Shown here piece after piece: positions 59,985-64,000 of a stretch of 64,000 bases of DNA. The DNA comes from Verrucomicrobiota bacterium (GTDB lineage: Bacteria; Verrucomicrobiota; Verrucomicrobiia; Opitutales; Seribacteraceae), in the NCBI GenBank assembly GCA_027622665.1, contig JAQBYT010000004.1:128001-192000 (forward strand), in the 5' to 3' direction. Within the stretch, counting starts at the first letter, position 1. Each line of letters starts with the position of its first letter. The notes under the pieces are model-generated. The model saw nothing but the letters and a program-made list of their open reading frames with translations, ran no database searches and was not told the origin of the DNA. The position numbers and the translations under genes are program-made.

Positions 59985-61208
59985 CTAGTTTTCCCCTTTG
60001 AGGCAATATAAAGTAGCTTGTGAGCGAGTGTAAACTTTTCCATCGATAGGTGACAGTGTGGCTCGAAAAATTTCGTCTTTTGAAGCCCCCACATCGTTTC
60101 GTGATACGATTTCAAGTGCCTTCTGGTTTGGCCTAACTACATAGGCTACGCCGGCTTCGTTTTGAATATAGTAAAGCCCGTTGGAGATGAGAGGAGACCC
60201 CGAAAAGGCACCTTCCAGTCGATCGACCCAATGGGTCTTGCCCGTTTTCGCGTCATAGCAAGTAGTGACTCCTCCCATGGCCGTGACGAGTACGAAGTCG
60301 CCTATGACGGCAGGGGATGGCAGGTCTCGTCCTCCGCTCCGCTTTGCATGCCATGCCATGTTGGTTTTTGTGATGTCGCCGGAACCATTCGGGTCCACTA
60401 CATAGAGATCGCCAGGCTTTCCGTTTACGACGTAGATCAGGCCCTTGGCATGAAAGGGGACGGGAGCACCTCGGCCATTAAAGGATTTGCAAAACCAGAT
60501 TTCCTTGCCCTTGGCGGGGTCGTAACCCTTTGCCCCGAATTCACCGTTCAGGACGAGCTGAGGTGGGCCCTTTGTTTCAATGAATACGGGTGTACTCCAA
60601 CCTCCGCGTGGTTTGTCTTCACGTTTTGTTTCCCAGATTATGTTCCCCGTTGCCTTGTCTAGGGAGACTAGGCGTGAGGGGCCAATGGCATCGCAATTTT
60701 GTATGACTTGATCGCCAAGGATTACCGGTGATGCGGCGACGCCCCAGTCCCCGGGGAATTGTCCCAAGTCCTTCGACCAAAGCTTTTCGCCCTCCATGTC
60801 GTAGCAGTGAATGCCTGCCGGACCGAAGAAGGCGACGACTCGAGTGCCGTCCGTTGCTGCGCTTGGGGTAGCCCAACTGTTCATCTTGTGCTGGGATTCC
60901 TTGCGGTCGCTTTCGACCTCTCGTCGCCAGATGGTCTTTCCCGAGTCTTTGTCGAGGCAAAGTAAGGTTCGCATGCCGCCCTCCTTTGAGGCGGTGGTAA
61001 CGAATAGCTTCGCTCCCCAGTTAACGACGGAGGATTGACCTTCTCCCGGGAGCGTCACCTTCCATGAAATGGAATTCTTGCTCCAGCGAGTGGGCACTAC
61101 TCCCTCGGTCAAGCCCATTCCGGATGGACCTCTGAACTGATGCCAATTGTCGGCGACGACGGTAGCCGCAGTGAGCGACAGCAGAGAAAGTAAGGCTATG
61201 GTTTTCAT
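59985..61208 (-). CDS. PQQ-binding-like beta-propeller protein
   Basis: DNWHQFRGP, GQSS, NSWATPS and GWSTP. Confidence 0.9.
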   Translation of the reverse strand: MKTIALLSLLSLTAATVVADNWHQFRGPSGMGLTEGVVPTRWSKNSISWKVTLPGEGQSSVVNWGAKLFVTTASKEGGMRTLLCLDKDSGKTIWRREVESDRKESQHKMNSWATPSAATDGTRVVAFFGPAGIHCYDMEGEKLWSKDLGQFPGDWGVAASPVILGDQVIQNCDAIGPSRLVSLDKATGNIIWETKREDKPRGGWSTPVFIETKGPPQLVLNGEFGAKGYDPAKGKEIWFCKSFNGRGAPVPFHAKGLIYVVNGKPGDLYVVDPNGSGDITKTNMAWHAKRSGGRDLPSPAVIGDFVLVTAMGGVTTCYDAKTGKTHWVDRLEGAFSGSPLISNGLYYIQNEAGVAYVVRPNQKALEIVSRNDVGASKDEIFRATLSPIDGKVYTRSQATLYCLKGEN

Positions 61209-61250
61209 GACTTTTTGTCTCGTTTTCGATTTCGAATGTTTGGAGCGGGT

Positions 61251-61934
61251 TTACTTCAGTTCACGTACCTTCAGGTTACGGAACCAAATGGCGGCTCCGT
61301 GAGATTGCAGGCATACGTGACCCTTGTCCACGGTTGCGAATTCCTTCCACTTGGCGAATTTGCTTTTTGCCACGCGTGCATTCCAGTCGTCACTCCCTAT
61401 TTGGTAGGAGCAAACTTTCTCTCCATTCATGTGGTGTTCCACGTGATTGCCGGGCTTGATGACGAGTCGCACCGAGTTCCATTGGCCATTGGGTTTGAGA
61501 TTGGATACTTTCGGCGCGTACAAAGCGTAGCAGGAACCCGCGTCCGTTTTTCCGCCAACTTTCATACTCGAAAGAATCTGGATTTCGGGTCCCGTATGAT
61601 AAGCGGGTCCCCCAGTTTCTGCGACTCTGTAGATAATCCCGCTGTTTCCACCCTTGGGGAGGTTCCATTCCAGAGCCATCTCGAAAAACTGGTACTTGTC
61701 CTTGGTCATTAAGTCTCCGCCTTTGCCGGCAAATTTTATTATGCCGTCATCAACCTTCCAACCCGGATCCGGCTTGTCCTTCTTGTAACCTCTGAAGTGA
61801 TCTAGGCTCTTTCCGTCAAAAAGGGTTTTCCAATCATCCTTTGTTGCGGAGCCAGAAGACTTTTCGGCTTTAGCGTTAACGGAAGGGGAGCAGAGTAAGG
61901 TTGCAATGGCTAGTGATGCTACTTGAAGTTTCAT
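61251..61934 (-). CDS. DUF1080 family protein
   Basis: Start MKLQVAS at 61934; WKTLFDGK, GNSGI, GPEIQIL and CLQSHG..IWFRNLKVREL. Confidence 0.9.
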   Translation of the reverse strand: MKLQVASLAIATLLCSPSVNAKAEKSSGSATKDDWKTLFDGKSLDHFRGYKKDKPDPGWKVDDGIIKFAGKGGDLMTKDKYQFFEMALEWNLPKGGNSGIIYRVAETGGPAYHTGPEIQILSSMKVGGKTDAGSCYALYAPKVSNLKPNGQWNSVRLVIKPGNHVEHHMNGEKVCSYQIGSDDWNARVAKSKFAKWKEFATVDKGHVCLQSHGAAIWFRNLKVRELK

Positions 61935-62135
61935 TTTAATAGAGATGAAGTTTGTAATAGGGTCGGTTATTCTTTCATCGCGAACCAAAACCATCGCGAA
62001 TGCAAGAAGAAGGTTGTCAGTCACGGTAAATTGGTAATCGAACTTCGTGGTAAATCGAGATCGTGAGGCTCGCCGACTTACTTCTTTTGCTGTACACGAT
62101 CAAATTGCTTACCATGGGTTCCCTTTCGGGCAAAA

Positions 62136-63260
62136 CTATTTTGGAATGCTTACCTTGTAAGACCAGCGAGCGTCCCATTTGTGAGTTTCCCAATTATCCT
62201 TGGAGGCATAGGATCGCACCACGAATGCATCGGCATCATCGCCCTCGCGATCAATCAATTCGACGTAAAGAAATCCGTGATTTAATCCTACTCCTTTTGT
62301 GGAGTCTTTTGGGTGTGTCTTTGCAGCCCCGGCATCATCGGGATTAAAGACCCAAACCCCTTTATCTAGACTACGACCAAATTTTTGCCCATTCCATCGG
62401 GTGCGACTGGGGGGAGAACCGTGGGTGTGACCGTGAAAAAGGGCTACGACGTTGTAGCGTTCGATTAGCTTCCAGAAGGAGCCCAAATCCTCTTTAGGCC
62501 AGTCGTAATTAGGACCAAAGGGATGCAGGTGAAAAGAAAGGATGACGGGTCTCCCCGATGAACCGACTCTGGCGGATAGGTCTTTTTCGAGAAACTCGAG
62601 GCTGGACCTCGGCGCGTAATGATGGCCTTCGCGCCGTTTTTCTCCCGATCCTGCGAACATGCCCAGATTTACAAGATGCAGGGGGCCCCAATCCCAAGAG
62701 TAATGTAGCCCGTTTGCCGATACCATTCCTACATTAGGCCGGTTCTTGTTGCGCGCAATAATGTCTTCGATGATGAAGGTGTCGCCTTGAGGGCCATCAT
62801 GGTTGCCGTGTAGTTCGTACACGGGGTAGGGGAGTCTGCCGTCTTTGCCCGTTAGTCCGAAGTCCATTTTGAAGCGTCGCCACTCGAATTTTTGCATGGC
62901 CGGATAGTTGCCGCCATTTTTGTCTGCGCTATCGATTAGGTCTCCCGTTACGATCATTCCGAGGAACTCCTGGGATACTTTGCCGTCGCCCAAGGATTTC
63001 GGAATCTCTCTCCCTCCGAAGGTTCCTGCCAAACGAATGAAGCGGTCCATACCTTCCTCTGAATACGGATCGAGCGACTTTGGGTTAGCCGTTTTTTCGG
63101 CATGGTATTGCGGGTCACCACACACCAGGAAAGCGTACCGCTTTTCAATTGCGGAAACGATGCTTGCGGCAAAAGCCAACAAGACGGCGACCGCCTTAAG
63201 GAGAGTCCGGCACAGTTGTTTATCGCTAAGGTGCCGGGGGCTCTTGCAGAGGGTTTTCAT
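62136..63260 (-). CDS. Calcineurin-like metallophosphoesterase
   Basis: GDPQY, TGDLID, GNHD, FH and GHTH motifs in the canonical order. Confidence 0.88.
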   Translation of the reverse strand: MKTLCKSPRHLSDKQLCRTLLKAVAVLLAFAASIVSAIEKRYAFLVCGDPQYHAEKTANPKSLDPYSEEGMDRFIRLAGTFGGREIPKSLGDGKVSQEFLGMIVTGDLIDSADKNGGNYPAMQKFEWRRFKMDFGLTGKDGRLPYPVYELHGNHDGPQGDTFIIEDIIARNKNRPNVGMVSANGLHYSWDWGPLHLVNLGMFAGSGEKRREGHHYAPRSSLEFLEKDLSARVGSSGRPVILSFHLHPFGPNYDWPKEDLGSFWKLIERYNVVALFHGHTHGSPPSRTRWNGQKFGRSLDKGVWVFNPDDAGAAKTHPKDSTKGVGLNHGFLYVELIDREGDDADAFVVRSYASKDNWETHKWDARWSYKVSIPK

Positions 63261-63382
63261 CCCTCGCCATCAAGGTGTGCCTTAATTGCTTAGTCAAGCT
63301 CGAGTCTCGGGCATGAGGCGTTTAATAATTGCTGCTGCTGCATTCCTCTTGCGGTTCAAGAAGTTTAGCATTCCATCGAGGA

Positions 63383-64000
63383 ATGAATTTACCAAAGTCA
63401 CTCTATTCGTTGATCCTGTTCGCTTGTCTTGCCGGGTCTACGGTTGCTCAGCAGTCGAAGACCGCGTTCATTGACGACTTGGCTCTTGAGTTGCGTTTCC
63501 AAAAAGGGCTGGAGGGGCTGCACGAGACCGGAAAAGGGACTTCCCTCAATACCTTAAGCGGACAACTGAATAGGCGGACAACTACCGTTAAGCTTCCTGA
63601 AACCAAGCTTGAAAGCATACATCCCGATGAGTTTTATTCTCGTTGCAAGGCTTCCGTACTTGCCGTCGGGAGGCTTTACCAGTGCGGTAAATGCACAAAG
63701 TGGCATGTTTCGTCTGCTTCCGGTTTCGCACTGAGCGAGGACGGCGTTATCGCTACCAACTACCATGTTGTAGATAGTAAGGAAGGGGTAGCGTTAGGTG
63801 CTATGGACTCCAATGGGAAAACTTTTGTCGTGAGCGAAGTATTGGCCGCGAACAAGTCGGCCGACGTAGCCCTTCTTCGCCTGCGGGACGCCAAACTCAC
63901 GCCATTGCCGCTTGCCGTTCGAGCACCTGTGGGCACTGCCGTAAGCGTGATTAGTCATCCGGACGGACGCTACTTCACCATGACCAAGGGTGACGTCTCA
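63383..64000 (+). CDS. Trypsin-like serine protease (partial, runs off the window end)
   Basis: My translation from ATG 63383: signal peptide, YQCGKCTKWH, ASGF...GVIATNYHVV (catalytic His), DVALL (Asp) and ISHP. Absent from the ORF track because no stop lies in the window. Confidence 0.85.
   Translation, partial: MNLPKSLYSLILFACLAGSTVAQQSKTAFIDDLALELRFQKGLEGLHETGKGTSLNTLSGQLNRRTTTVKLPETKLESIHPDEFYSRCKASVLAVGRLYQCGKCTKWHVSSASGFALSEDGVIATNYHVVDSKEGVALGAMDSNGKTFVVSEVLAANKSADVALLRLRDAKLTPLPLAVRAPVGTAVSVISHPDGRYFTMTKGDVS

Noticed and set aside
63557..63583. Direct repeat gcggacaact x2
   Set aside because: It is a short repeat inside an open coding frame with no further copies.

Overview
This 64-kb bacterial window has the gene content of the PVC superphylum; my inference is Verrucomicrobiota, probably marine. 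About 90% of genes are on the minus strand. Most encode secreted PVC-type families: DUF1552/DUF1592, DUF1549/DUF1553 cytochrome-c proteins, DUF1501, DUF1080, PQQ-like beta-propellers, Tat Gfo/Idh/MocA oxidoreductases, esterases, and G8/beta-helix proteins. It also carries a lower-GC katG with a lipoprotein signal and a type I restriction-modification locus (hsdM-hsdS-[nested REP-like palindromes]-fic-hsdR), in which a Fic-wHTH gene is translationally coupled to hsdR. Many short gene relics that the ORF track misses are visible: a sulfatase, two DUF1501 pieces, a metallophosphoesterase, a PfpI/TIM-barrel chimera and a split PQQ gene. There is also a candidate ~75-nt sRNA with its own promoter and terminator. 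I found no rRNA, tRNA, CRISPR array, integrase or transposase. All family calls come from motif recognition by eye, not from database searches.
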